A stretch of DNA of 64,000 nt from Octopus sinensis (lineage: Eukaryota). Positions within the stretch are counted from its first letter, which is position 1, and the number at the start of each line of letters is the position of its first letter. Positions 52,251 to 64,000 of the stretch are shown here, in pieces. The translations under genes and the position numbers were made by a program. The DNA lies in contig NC_042997.1 of NCBI RefSeq assembly GCF_006345805.1, positions 120,900,001 through 120,964,000 of the forward strand, read 5' to 3'. The notes under the pieces are model-generated. The model searched no databases and had not been told where the DNA came from. It worked only from the letters and a program-made list of their open reading frames with translations.

Positions 52251-52600
52251 CTTCCACAGCAGAAGAAGTGGAAGAATTTTGGAAAGAAATATGGTCGGCG
52301 AAGGAACAACCAAAGAAAAGGAGTATTAAAACAACGAACTTAGCACCTGAACAACTTTGGACCACTATAACAACTGAAGAGGTCCGCCAGGCACTGCAAA
52401 GACTAAGCAACTGGAAGGTACCTGGGCACGACAAGATCCCCAACTTCTGGTAAAATATCTGACAGGAACACACTGGCTGAAAACTTTAACGACATACAAA
52501 CAGAGCCAGAGACAATGCCTGAATCACTCACGAAAGTGAAAACTATCCTAATTTCCAAATCCACTGGAATGGCAAACCCACAAAATTATAGATCATCTAA
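52251..52600 (+). mobile_element. R4-like RT N-terminal fragment
   Basis: VEEFWKEIW...ITTEEVRQALQRLSNWKVPGHDKIPNFW...LAENFN...KTILISK...PQNYR. Confidence 0.8.
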
Positions 52601-52729
52601 TAATCAATAAAGCCGTAACTGAAGACAGCGGCAGAAAGAATAAACGCCTCAGTACTCAGTATCTGCCACTCATACGCCTTTTGCGCCGGTTTCGTAGAAA
52701 CTTACTTATTCTATGTGTACGCCTCCTCT

Positions 52730-53510
52730 ATACAACTGAATTTGAAAAAGATGGCTCAGAATATTAGCTTCACCATCGACCACGCAAACGACGATGGTTC
52801 CCTCCCCTTCCTTGACTTTCAGCTAAATATTATGAACTAGGGAAAAATTGACACGGTATTCTACAGAAAATTTGCTTGCTGGAACCTCTATGTCCGTTAC
52901 AAGTTGGCCCACCCCATCAAAGCTAAGATGAGCCACGAGGGTAACATGGTTACCTGGATACACAAAAGACATAGTGACAATACCAGCCTGTACACACACG
53001 TTACTCAGTTCATGCTTGAGACCAACGGATATCCAACGATTGTTTTCAACTCTATTCGTGCACGCCGGTTGCAAGTCATAAGAGCGATTTCTCTAAGACC
53101 TGCTCCTTCAGAATTCTCCACTTTACAATGTTATTCGCAGAGAAGAACTGGGCATCCTACAGGCACATTTAGGGCCGTGCCTATGTAAATATTTATTAAC
53201 GGACACTGGCAAATTGCTCAATTTACAACACTAACAAGCTCTTAGGCACGTACCAAGTGTACCAGATACGATGTTCTAAATTTAATAACAGCCACATTGG
53301 TAACACAGTGCAACCACTTCAGTCCGATCGAAGGAGAACTCTGCTACCAACGCGTCTTTCTTCCACAAACACCTGACCAGATGCACCAACACCACCAAAC
53401 AGATAGACGCCTTATATTAGCCTCGGAGGTGAACACTGGAAATCTACGTATGAGGGAAGCTATATTGATCCTTCCCCGCAACCCGAAAATTAACAACTAT
53501 CGGAGTTGAA
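52730..53510 (+). mobile_element. Decayed Penelope-like element 3' fragment (third family)
   Basis: ISFTIDHANDDGSLPFLDFQL...DTVFYRK...YVRYKLAHP (RT motif E and thumb) and ILASEVN..LRMREAILI..NPKIN (GIY-YIG end). Confidence 0.7.
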
Positions 53511-54832
53511 TCTGTGTCTCTTGTGAAAACATCACAGCATTTGAAACCAACGTCACAATGTACGCAACCATCTCCACCGTGTGACCATACGTCAACATCA
53601 ACAGTTGGATTATGCTGCTAAGCCTTCACATGAACCAACCGTTGGTGAATTGCGTACACCAACTGTCGGAGAGTTGCTTACACCAACACATGGAGAGTGG
53701 CTAATATTGCTGCTAACCTGAGTAAGATATCACAGTCGGTGTAACTGTACATTTCTCAGACTGCTTCTCGTTCAGGATGAGTCCCTGTACTTGAAATAGA
53801 AAGGGTTTTGTAAAACTTTCTGCATTGTCAGAGGCTTTCTTATTTTCCCTTTTTTTTTTCCTTCTAAGGTATTACAATACTTCAAGCGAATTTCAACACT
53901 CTTAATAATAACTTTGCTTGGATGTCTCAAAAGAGATTCATATTCTCCTTTATATTTCCTTCTACCATTCATACCGTTGCCAGAATTTTGTGTGAAACAG
54001 GGTTTGCATTTAAAAAAGAATCTGGAAACAATGTCCCAGAAATTAAAGAGGAAATGGATATGCTCGGGAAAATTATATTTATACTGGAATGAAGTTTGCA
54101 ATCTCAAAATATATTCTAATTAATTTGTAAACATTTACAATGTGATATAGTAGAGTATTCATTTAATATCTTGAGGTTCCTTAAGTGGCCTTTGAAACCA
54201 GTTATAAATATCTGGGCATATGAGAATATAATTAAATTATGAGAGAAGAGAGATTCCATGCACAGCGCCCACATGTAACAGAAGGCTGAGAGTGATAATG
54301 AACAGCAAGCTATAGCACAATAATTTAATCTCAGCCACCAATAGCTGAGCCCTTACAGAGATACTTTGCTATGCTACTAATCTTAGCTAAATTAAAGCAC
54401 TTGATTGAAATAATCACAAGTTTGTGATACAACACGAAACATGGCATTTACAGAATGTGTGGTCCATTTAAGAAGCGAGTGAAGAATGGAGACTGTCGTG
54501 TAATATGCCCTAAAAGATTTGTTACGAACGAGTTTTTATAACGGGGATTGCCAATTAACAAGGAGGTGCTCTTGCAGTATAATAATAAAAAAAGTTAACG
54601 GCATGAGCAAACAAAGAACTGAAAATAATCACATCAGCATGGAGAGAGTCAGAGAAAGAAACAAAGCACATGCGAAGATATGTGCAACGTTAGCCATTTT
54701 GAAACAGATAAATACCAGAAGATAATCTGAACAATCATAATAAAGGACGGCTCAAGGTCAACGGGAAATGGAAATCGTAATGTTGGTAATCCAAAGTCAT
54801 GTTCTGAATTGAAACACGAGGAAAGTGAACTC

Positions 54833-54847
54833 ACACACAGACACACA

Positions 54848-54910
<63 letters not shown>

Positions 54911-54930
54911 ACGCGCGCGCGCGCGCAAAC
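54833..54930. repeat. (CA)n/(CG)n microsatellite
   Basis: Direct reading. Confidence 0.95.
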
Positions 54931-55871
54931 ACACACGAATACGCACAAAGACACCGGTCATATATATTGATGTGTATATTCTCAGAAATAAAGAGGACTA
55001 TGTAGGTTATCGCTGAGGAAGTGAAAATGTAGTCCCGATAATAATTAGATCCAATCTGTAAACAGAGCAATACTGGTGACATAATGATGGGTGCTTAAAT
55101 CTATAGCGTTGCTCAAACAAAGTAAGCTTTCGAGGTAGAGCAGATACGTCACCTAAATATAGTTGAGAGAGCGTAAGCGAAGAGAAAGCATTTTTATCTC
55201 GTGGTATGTGTGTGCATTAGTATACACAAAGAGCTGGCACAGTGAGCGGACGTATAAGTATATGTAGGTATATATACGTATGTATGTATATCTATCTATC
55301 TATAAATAAATATATAAATAAATATATATATATATATATATATATATTTATCGCTATGGGCTCCGTGTGGGCAGTCATCTAAAAGTTTTTGTGCATCTTG
55401 ATGCTGACATAAGTTCCTTGTTTTTCCTGATGAGAAGGCGGCATAATGCACCCCTTATTCCTTCGAAATTAGGAATATGCAGCCTTCGAAACATATGTCG
55501 AAAATAAAGGAATTTTGTTAATTCGTCGTTCAACTCCATTCTTCCATATATATATATATATATATAAAAGTATGTATATATATATATATATATATAAAGA
55601 CAGTCGTAGATTTTAGCTGGGGGAAGAAACTTTGCGGAGACCATGGTACGCTTTGTTTTCTGACTTTATAATCATTCTATAATCATCTCATAATAATGAC
55701 TTTTATGAATTTTATTACTACCTCAGTCCATCTAAATGTATATATTTGTCGTTACCTGTCATAAAAAGCCTTTTTCTTTTATTTACGATGTGCATTTTCG
55801 TTGATTTTTCATATTTTACTGTAACATTTCCACGTGTATTTTATATTTTCTTTTTGTAACATATATCCACT

Positions 55872-55965
<94 letters not shown>

Positions 55966-56619
55966 GTTTTCTTCCCCCTGCTAAAATATACGATTTTCCT
56001 TAGATCACTTCCTACATTTTCCCTCTTCCACGCTCTCCCTCTCATTCTCTCTTTCTCCTCTCTATTTTGCTCTCCCTCTCGTTATATGTATGTGTGTATG
56101 TCTATGTGTATGTCTATGTTAGAAAGTACTAATTTTTTTAAAAATTTTGGTAATAGGGCACAAAAAGTTGCGGAGGGAATTGGACAGCATTGGCCGCAGT
56201 GCTTGAAGTGTATGTTGTTTCATGGACCTCGAAACGAAAACTACATAAATTTAACTTGGTGTTATTTGGACTCAGAACATAAATATTCAGAATACAAGCC
56301 AATAAGCAATTTCCTAGACTCGCAAAAGGATTTTGATAGCTCACCAGTAAGAAGAAGAATTGGGGAAAACAGAGAAGAATGAGAACACAGCGGAAGACAG
56401 GGGGCGTGATCTTGTTTAATTCAATTAATAAACATATAGTATAGTGATAGCGAATTTATTATGGCCAGATATGTTTTGTGATGTTTATAGTCTCAACTGA
56501 CTTCTGAAAATTCATATAAATACATAATCTGCCGTCAACAACATCTGCTCTTGACGCTCAACTATACCCACCCACACACACACATGTATGTATATTATAT
56601 GCATGTGTATATACATATG

Positions 56620-56678
<59 letters not shown>

Positions 56679-57105
56679 TTTTCGTCCTATGCTAACATAT
56701 ACGATTTTCTTGAGATCACTTCCTACACTTTCCATCTCACTCTCTCTTTTCCGCTCTTTATTTTACATTGGTGTGTGCGCGGTTTGTGTCGGTTTACATA
56801 TATCAGTGTGTGTATGTGGTCGTGTAAGCATGTGTGCCTAATTGTGCGTGTATAAATAAACTTATACATATATGCATGCGTCTGCTTAAATATACGCTTT
56901 CAATGCGTTGCTCTCTCTGTCTGTCTCTCTCTCTCAATCCAACACTGTCTCCCCAACTATCTCCATTTCCCTCGATACGACTCTCTTCCTCTCTTTCTCT
57001 CAATTTCTGTTTCTACCCCCCTCCATCTATCTCCCTCTCTCGCGTTCTCTCTTCCAGTTCTTATCATCAATCATATTAATTCTTATCAATATTTTAAGTC
57101 TAGAA

Positions 57106-57440
57106 GGCGGTGTGCTGGCAAAATCGTTAGCACACCAGGCAAAATGTGTAGCGGTATTTCATCTGTCTTTACGTTCTGAGTTCAAATTTCGCCGAGGTCG
57201 ACTTTGCCTTTCATCTTTCGGGGGTCGATAAACTAAGTACTAGTTGCGTACTGGGGTCGATTGTACCCGAAATTTTGGGGCTAAATGCTTAGCGGTATTT
57301 CTTCTGTATTTTACGTTCTGAGTTTAAATTCCGCCAAATTCGAATTTGCTTTCTATCATTTCGAGATCGATAAATTAAGGACGAGTTGTGTACTGGGGTT
57401 CATATAATCGACTGCCCTCCTCACAAAAATTTTCGGGCCC
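57106..57440 (+). mobile_element. SINE family B, tandem partial dimer
   Basis: GGCGGTGTGCTGGCAAAATCGTTAGC head. The TAGCGGTATTTC..TTTACGTTCTGAGTT.AAATT...GATAAA.TAAG block occurs twice. Confidence 0.85.
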
Positions 57441-57804
57441 TTTCGTTTAAATCCCTGCATTTCTTTTTTTAAAAAAAACTCTAAATTTCTTCAAATAATT
57501 AGTTCACTCTTTCACTTCATTTAATGTCGTATATATTGCTGTCTGTAATAAATTATTCCTAGATACGTTACTGCATATCTTTCTTGATATCTTTGGCTTT
57601 AACTCTCCCTTTTGCGTCCGTTACTATTATCGCCAATGTTCATTTGCACAACCATGTGCTTTCCATTTTGCAGTCCCACACATTCAATTTCTCCGCTCTA
57701 GAAACCAACTCATAAGTCACACCCCATCTGAATTTCAATCTCATTAATATTAAACCATAGTTTGGGGAAACAATGAAGAGATACATATACACACACACAC
57801 ACAC

Positions 57805-57868
<64 letters not shown>

Positions 57869-58064
57869 GGTTGAAATTTATAGGAAAACAAAAGACGAAG
57901 ACAGGCATATGAACAACCAGCATGTGTATTAGTTTAACGCTCAGGAAGGTGCGAAAGTCTATTACGTTTCGAGCCCACGCTCCTCAATAGAAAGGAAGAT
58001 GAGGAAATAAACAAAGAGTGAATAATTGTTTAAAACAATGGATTTAGCGATCAATCATTGCGAC
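57869..58064 (-). mobile_element. Family H short element with degenerate HHR (57957-57994), inside (TA)n
   Basis: CUUU-CUAUUGA-G-GAGC-GUGG-GCUC-GAAACGUA. Stem II is perfect and the core is mutated. Homologous to 28125-28235. Confidence 0.75.
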
Positions 58065-58124
58065 ATATATGTATGTATGTTTGCGCGCACGAGTTTTTAA
58101 GGGCTGTGTATGCGATTAATTTTG

Positions 58125-58180
<56 letters not shown>

Positions 58181-58218
58181 ATATATATATATATATATTA
58201 TATATATATATATATATA

Positions 58219-58678
58219 CTAGCAGTATCGCCCGGCGTTTCTCGGGTTTGCAAGGGAAATAACTATATAAGCATTTTTAGAGAGTTACTTCCCTTATAGA
58301 TGCCAATTCGGGCTTCCTTAGCCATTTCTGTTTTGGTGTCTTCAAGCCATGAAGTCGTTGTTCTAAAAGAACGCTGGTCTCCTTGACAGCTTCACGAGGG
58401 GGGAAGAAGGGGGAGAAGCAAACAGGTGCAGGTGTGACCATGGACGCCAACTCCGCCGCCATCGACACACGAAAAATTATGCATTAAAATGGAATAAAAA
58501 ATGATGTTAAATTATTTTTAAAATCGTAGACTCATCGTAGACGCGCGCTAATACTCAGACGGGCTCGATATGAATCACGACTATAAGATACCCGAATTTG
58601 GTTAAACTGCACCGCAAAATGTGGGAGTAGTTAGGAATCTAAATCGAAGGAGACAGACATTCACACAACTACAGTTTT
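58219..58678 (-). mobile_element. Non-autonomous Helitron inside (TA)n
   Basis: Minus 3' end CCCGAGAAACGCCGGGCG hairpin followed by ATACTGCTAG|T (CTAG terminus), similar to the terminus at 42860-42889. No ORF. Confidence 0.8.
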
Positions 58679-58684
58679 ATATAT

Positions 58685-58740
<56 letters not shown>

Positions 58741-60568
58741 CATTCATATTTTTATCTAGATCCAGGACACAACTGTATTTCAAGTTTTACCCAAATAAGT
58801 TTCCTTCGTCAACATACCAATCAGAAATTTAACATAGTAGCACAGGTTTCCTTCACACCCAGCTGTACGAAGCAGAAAAACTTGCTTTATTAACTTTCAC
58901 ATTTTAACAATATTTCACAGCAAAATTTCTGATTTTTTCTCCAGAAAGATTTAGCGTCATTTTATCAGCAACGTGGAATATGGGATAGCATCCACAAAAT
59001 TATAATTTTCTCATAGTTATTTCAAAATATAGCATTTTGCTCGCCACAGGTAAATATGTTTATTTGTGTCTTTCACCCACTCTTGGCCACACACAAAAGA
59101 ATAACTTGTTTCTTTTCGTTCGAGCTATAAGAAATTTCTTCAGGAAAAAAAGTTATTAATGATAGGCCTATAACCCTCGCATATTAATTATATATTCCAT
59201 GCATGTTAATGACAAAGTCGTCGCATATTAATTTTATAGTCCTCGCGTATGGTTGTTTAGAAGATTATATGGTATTTTTAAAGGTTGAAATTACTTTCGT
59301 TGACAATATTTAAAAGATATTTTGATCGATATTATGTAAAATATATTATCTTTCAGATAATATCGATCGTGTTCTTATGATCGGCAATAGTCATAATAGA
59401 TTACAGTTCTGTTCAACGTATTGATTAAATGTTTTGGCAGACAAGTATTCAAGTATTTTCTGAAGATATGGGTTTCGCCCATATTCTTGGAGATATGCTT
59501 GGAGCAAGATGTAAGGAAATAGAATACTAAAATGATGCGGTTTTCAGAACGATTGCGTAGACTTTGGTAACAAAAATAATAGAAACATATTTACGAGGAT
59601 GTGTGGAATGAAACCACAGACACATTTATACATACAGTGATATGTATTTGATTATTATTATTGTTGTTGTTTTTGATGATGTTGTTACAAAAAATCATAT
59701 ACATATATATATTTATTTATGCACGTGTATGTGTAAAGCTGTGTGTGCGAGTGTATGTACGAGTCTGTTATATGTGCGTGACTGTGTCAATATATTTGAG
59801 TGTGTATTTTAAGATATGGACAATTACACGGATGCTTTGAAGTTCTATAGAAGTCGATGTCATTAGTTCTAGAAAAATGCGTCAACACATCAAACAGAAT
59901 ATGAATATATTGAATATATCTAACAATTTGTATATTTGTTTTATTCAAAAACATTTTGGAGCTCAGCTAAAAAGCAAATAGAGATGATGAAAGCGGGCAA
60001 CCTTTAGAATCGATTAGTTCTTAATTGGATTGAATGTAATGAGAACGTTATCATCTCTCCTAGATACATTGTCAATATCGGAGCAGATATCTGGAATTAA
60101 CACCACGCATTGACACTCATCTGACAGTGAATGCACAGGTGACGGCAAAAATATCTATCCATAAACGAATTACAAAATATCTTCACCAATGTTGCTTCGT
60201 TGGTAGTTAGGGAGGAGTTTGTTTCAATGCAGCGAAGATTTCGTTGAAGGAATGTCCGAGTATATTTCTTCATATTATGCGCAATATTCCGGGTGAATAA
60301 TGTTTTAATAAATATGTTGTGCGATAACTGAAACGAAAAGTTACATATTTATTTTTATAAGTTCTGGGAGATTCGAACACAAATATGCTAGTCAATGTTG
60401 TGCATGTCACTAGGAAACAACTCACTGTTACAACGAGACTGTTTTCATCAACCGACTGATTAAATCCAACGTGTCTCAGATTCCCTTCATCCCAAGAGCT
60501 GAGTGTGTTTTGGACACTTGTCTGTAAGATGTTGTTCATCTGTGACCTACAGAGCACTGATTAACATA

Positions 60569-60875
<307 letters not shown>

Positions 60876-60906
60876 CATTATTATTATTATTATTATAATT
60901 ATCATT

Positions 60907-61945
60907 CAGTAGTTTTATTTTTATAGCGTGCTTTCACTTCACTACCGAGCGCTGCTCTGTGTGCCTTGGGTATGTGCTGTGATTTGTTGTGATGCTCTGA
61001 TGGTTATTGTATGGAAAGTGTTCTGCATAGGATGTGTTCAGTGCCTAGTTGTGCAATTTTCTGTATGTTATATGTGTTTGTAAGTCCTGGTGTTTTTCTT
61101 ATGTATTTGTCTGAATATTTTTTATCATGCCTAATGCACCTATTATGTTAGGAATTGTTTCTGTTTTTAGATTCCACATTCTGGTTACCTCTATTTCCAG
61201 GTCTTTGTATTTTGAGAGTTTCTCCATTTCTTTTAGAGACACGTTGTCATCAGCCGGTATTGATATATCAATTAGAAAGCATTTGTTTCCTTCATGATCT
61301 CTGACAACTATATCTGGTCTGTTGGCCTTAATTTCTCTGTGTGTGTATCGGCATATCCCAAAGTATGGTTGCTTTCTCGTTTTCTGTGACCTTTTCTGGT
61401 GTGTGTCTATACCATCGTTTTTTGTTGTTATTCCATAATGTTGGCATAGCTTCCAATGTATGTAGGTTCCAACTCTGTCATGCCTTAGCCAGGACTGGGC
61501 AGCCAGAGATAATATGATTTATTGTTTCTTGTCCATCTCCACATATTCTGCAGTTACTTGTTATATTCCTTTTCATTACATGCTTTTGGTAATTTCTAGT
61601 GGGGAGGCTTTGGTCTTGTGCTGCAATTAAGAATCCCTCTGTCTCTGCTTTGAGTCCTGAGCTTCTCAGCCATTGCTGGGATTTTTCTTTGTCTATTTCT
61701 TTTGCATTTAGTTTAGTCCAGTATTTACCATGAAGGGGCTTTTCTTGCCATCGTTTTATCATGGTTCTTTGCTGTTCTAGTTTTAGCTTGGATTTCATTT
61801 GTTTTATAGCTTTTGTTGTTTCTTCATCTTCGTCTTCTTCTTCCCCTTCTTCTTCATATTTATTAGGTGGTATGATTTCTTGTTTGTATTTGTCAGCTTC
61901 CTTAAATACCGAGAACAGTTTTTTGTTATGCTCGTGTGTATTGCC
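60907..61945 (-). mobile_element. R4/Dong-like non-LTR retrotransposon, 5'-truncated (family 1), flanked by (TAA)n on both sides
   Basis: WQEKPLHGKY..WLRSSGLKAETEGFLIAAQDQSL.TRNY..CRICGDGQETINHIISGC (CCHC knuckle) and RPDIVV..KCFLIDISIP..EKLSKYKDLEIEVTRMW (restriction-like endonuclease). Confidence 0.92.
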
Positions 61946-61981
61946 GCTATTTGTATTATTATTATTATTTTTATTTTTATT

Positions 61982-62052
<71 letters not shown>

Positions 62053-62053
62053 T

Positions 62054-62500
62054 GTGTGAGAGAGCAGTGCATGCCATCAAAGTGACACTGGGGTAAAATA
62101 TACGAAGCTGAATATACCCATCATGACTACCCGTCTGATAAGGGTACACTAGGCACATGCATCACTACCAAATGTGCGCGACATGGTGATCTCATATCAA
62201 GTTAAACAGCGCATGAGCTTCCAGGTGGGGTCCAGTTAGAATTTACTTCTGGTCAAATAATCCATCCCACTCAAAAGGTCCTTGAATAAGGATTGTTTAA
62301 GGATGTTTAACGAACCAACCATGTTTCCAAAGTGAATTATCCAAACCTCCAAGAATTCCTTTCAACATACGACTATGATGCTCCCCCACTACTTCTGCTC
62401 ATGATCAGAGATGCACATATCGTCAGCCACTAAGGGACATGTTCAACTGTTTAATGCCAAACACATGACAAGGAACTGTTAAGGACAAACAAGTGACAAG
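62054..62500 (-). mobile_element. Element E, 5'-truncated copy
   Basis: Reverse complement of about 15040-15456. A short tandem duplication (AACTG..TTAA...TGACAAG twice) marks the 5' junction. Confidence 0.85.
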
Positions 62501-63316
62501 TTTCTCCTTTCGTTCTACCAGTCAAAGATTACATGACAAATCTAATCTCCGCATTTGTTTCGATCTTCTCTTGAGTGTCCCACTGCTTGTTATACCGTGA
62601 GGTTCCTCTGTCTAAGCCTTTGAAAAAACAAGTAGGTTTCTTCATCGAGTCAGCCTTCTACTAATAGCAAAACACGAACTGCTGCTGCTGCAGTGTATTG
62701 ATTACGTTAAGCTTTTCTGTAAATAACAGAATTCTGAGCGGCAAGATATCGAAATATATGTGAGCACGTGGTGCTCATTTTTATGCTATATTTATTTTTC
62801 TAGCACACGAAGGAAACTAATTTTCTTTGGTTTTAAAGATGCATTTGGCGGTAATTGCAAACTAATAAATATATGAATAGTGTATTGCACATATGCCCGG
62901 CAGGTAGGTTTTTGGAATAACTGTTTTATTTATTATTCATATCCGTATACACTCTAGAATTATAAAAGGGCTCTAGCTTCACAAGGAATGAAAATGTCTT
63001 CCTTTATGTGACTATATGATGATACTGACGCTCTATACTAACCGCATCACGGGAGTCATTTTTCGACCTATATGTGTCACGCTGTTTGAACAAAGATTTG
63101 CTCCTTAAAAGTAATTCCCACCTCTAAAATAACAAGATTCTGTATACAATTCCATCCTACTTAAAATGTATTTTGTATTGAATTTTGAAGAAAGAAAGAA
63201 TTGCATCTAAGCATAAACAGTAAACAAAGCACTGCTGCCCTCGGGCCGTATAATAAACAAACTATCTTCGCTTACTTCCTTCTACATTTTATTAATTCTG
63301 TGGCGCGTAGGATTAC

Positions 63317-63372
<56 letters not shown>

Positions 63373-63401
63373 ACATCATCATCATCATCATCATCATCAG
63401 G

Positions 63402-63456
<55 letters not shown>

Positions 63457-63459
63457 TTC

Positions 63460-63700
63460 CGTCTTTCTTCACATTTTATTTCGTTTCTCGCCGAGGGTTT
63501 TCCGTACACCAAGGGCAGAGGAGCTCATTGTATGCATTCCCAGATTACACACGCAAATTCACAGATAAAATAAGTATTTAAAAAATTATTAAATAAATAA
63601 TTCATGAATGGATGTTGTTTTTACAGCGATAATGCTCTTCTCAGTACATGAGTCGTTCCAGTTAACACGATGTTTTGCACCTCCTGTAGTGAAGTGAAAA
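63460..63700 (-). mobile_element. R4-like 3' terminal fragment (family 3) between (TAA)n tracts
   Basis: SLQEVQNIVLTGTTHVLRRALSL* (63621-63695) parallels IQKIALLGTAHILRRTLSIQ* of family 1. It is followed by a distinct 3' UTR and (AAT)n(GAT)n. Confidence 0.7.
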
Positions 63701-63715
63701 AAATTATTATTATTA

Positions 63716-63789
<74 letters not shown>

Positions 63790-64000
63790 CAGTAGTTTTA
63801 TTTTAATAGCGTGCTTTCGTTTCACTACAGAGCGCAGCTCTGTGTGCCTTGGGTATGTGCTGTGATTTGTTGTGATGCTCTGATGGTTATTGTATGGAAA
63901 GTGTTCTGCGTAGGATGTGTGCAGTGCCTAGTAGTGCAATTTTCTGTATGTTATATGTGTTTGTAAGTCCTGGTGTTTTTCTTATGTATTTGTCTGAATA
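63790..64000 (-). mobile_element. R4/Dong-like family 1 3' end, continuing beyond the window
   Basis: Near-identical to 60907-61120 and ends at the same ...AAAACTACTG|(AAT)n junction. Confidence 0.92.

Noticed and set aside
60080-60545. Two splice-compatible open segments on the minus strand with a 98-nt intron-like gap
   Set aside because: The joined peptide resembles nothing I recognise, and chance splice signals are common in AT-rich DNA.

Overview
AT-rich, microsatellite-dense animal genomic DNA with no host gene I can support. The SINE families look like the ones I recall from octopus, so a coleoid cephalopod source is likely (inference). The window is a layered mobile-element landscape. 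(1) Penelope-like elements (PLEs): one 5'-truncated but uninterrupted 610-aa RT + GIY-YIG ORF (26147-27979, minus) and two decayed copies. (2) R4/Dong-like non-LTR fragments from about three families, all abutting (TAA)n-type tracts. (3) Helitron RepHel fragments and a non-autonomous Helitron. (4) Several Tc1/mariner relics, including a fold-back element made of two right ends. (5) Two CR1/L2-like LINE tails. (6) At least four tRNA-headed SINE families. The most notable signal is about ten minimal type I hammerhead-ribozyme (HHR) motifs from at least five unrelated short non-coding families. They include an intact HHR (31117-31151), a U3-A8 covariant HHR inside a 90-bp inverted duplication (42459-42775), a direct-repeat retrozyme-like unit (31265-31681), and a tRNA-headed SINE with a PLE-type HHR tail (22809-23190). 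SINE-internal microsatellites also appear to act as landing pads for (TA)n- and (TAA)n-associated retroelements, giving nested stacks. All alignments, identities and folds were judged by eye, and boundaries are approximate.
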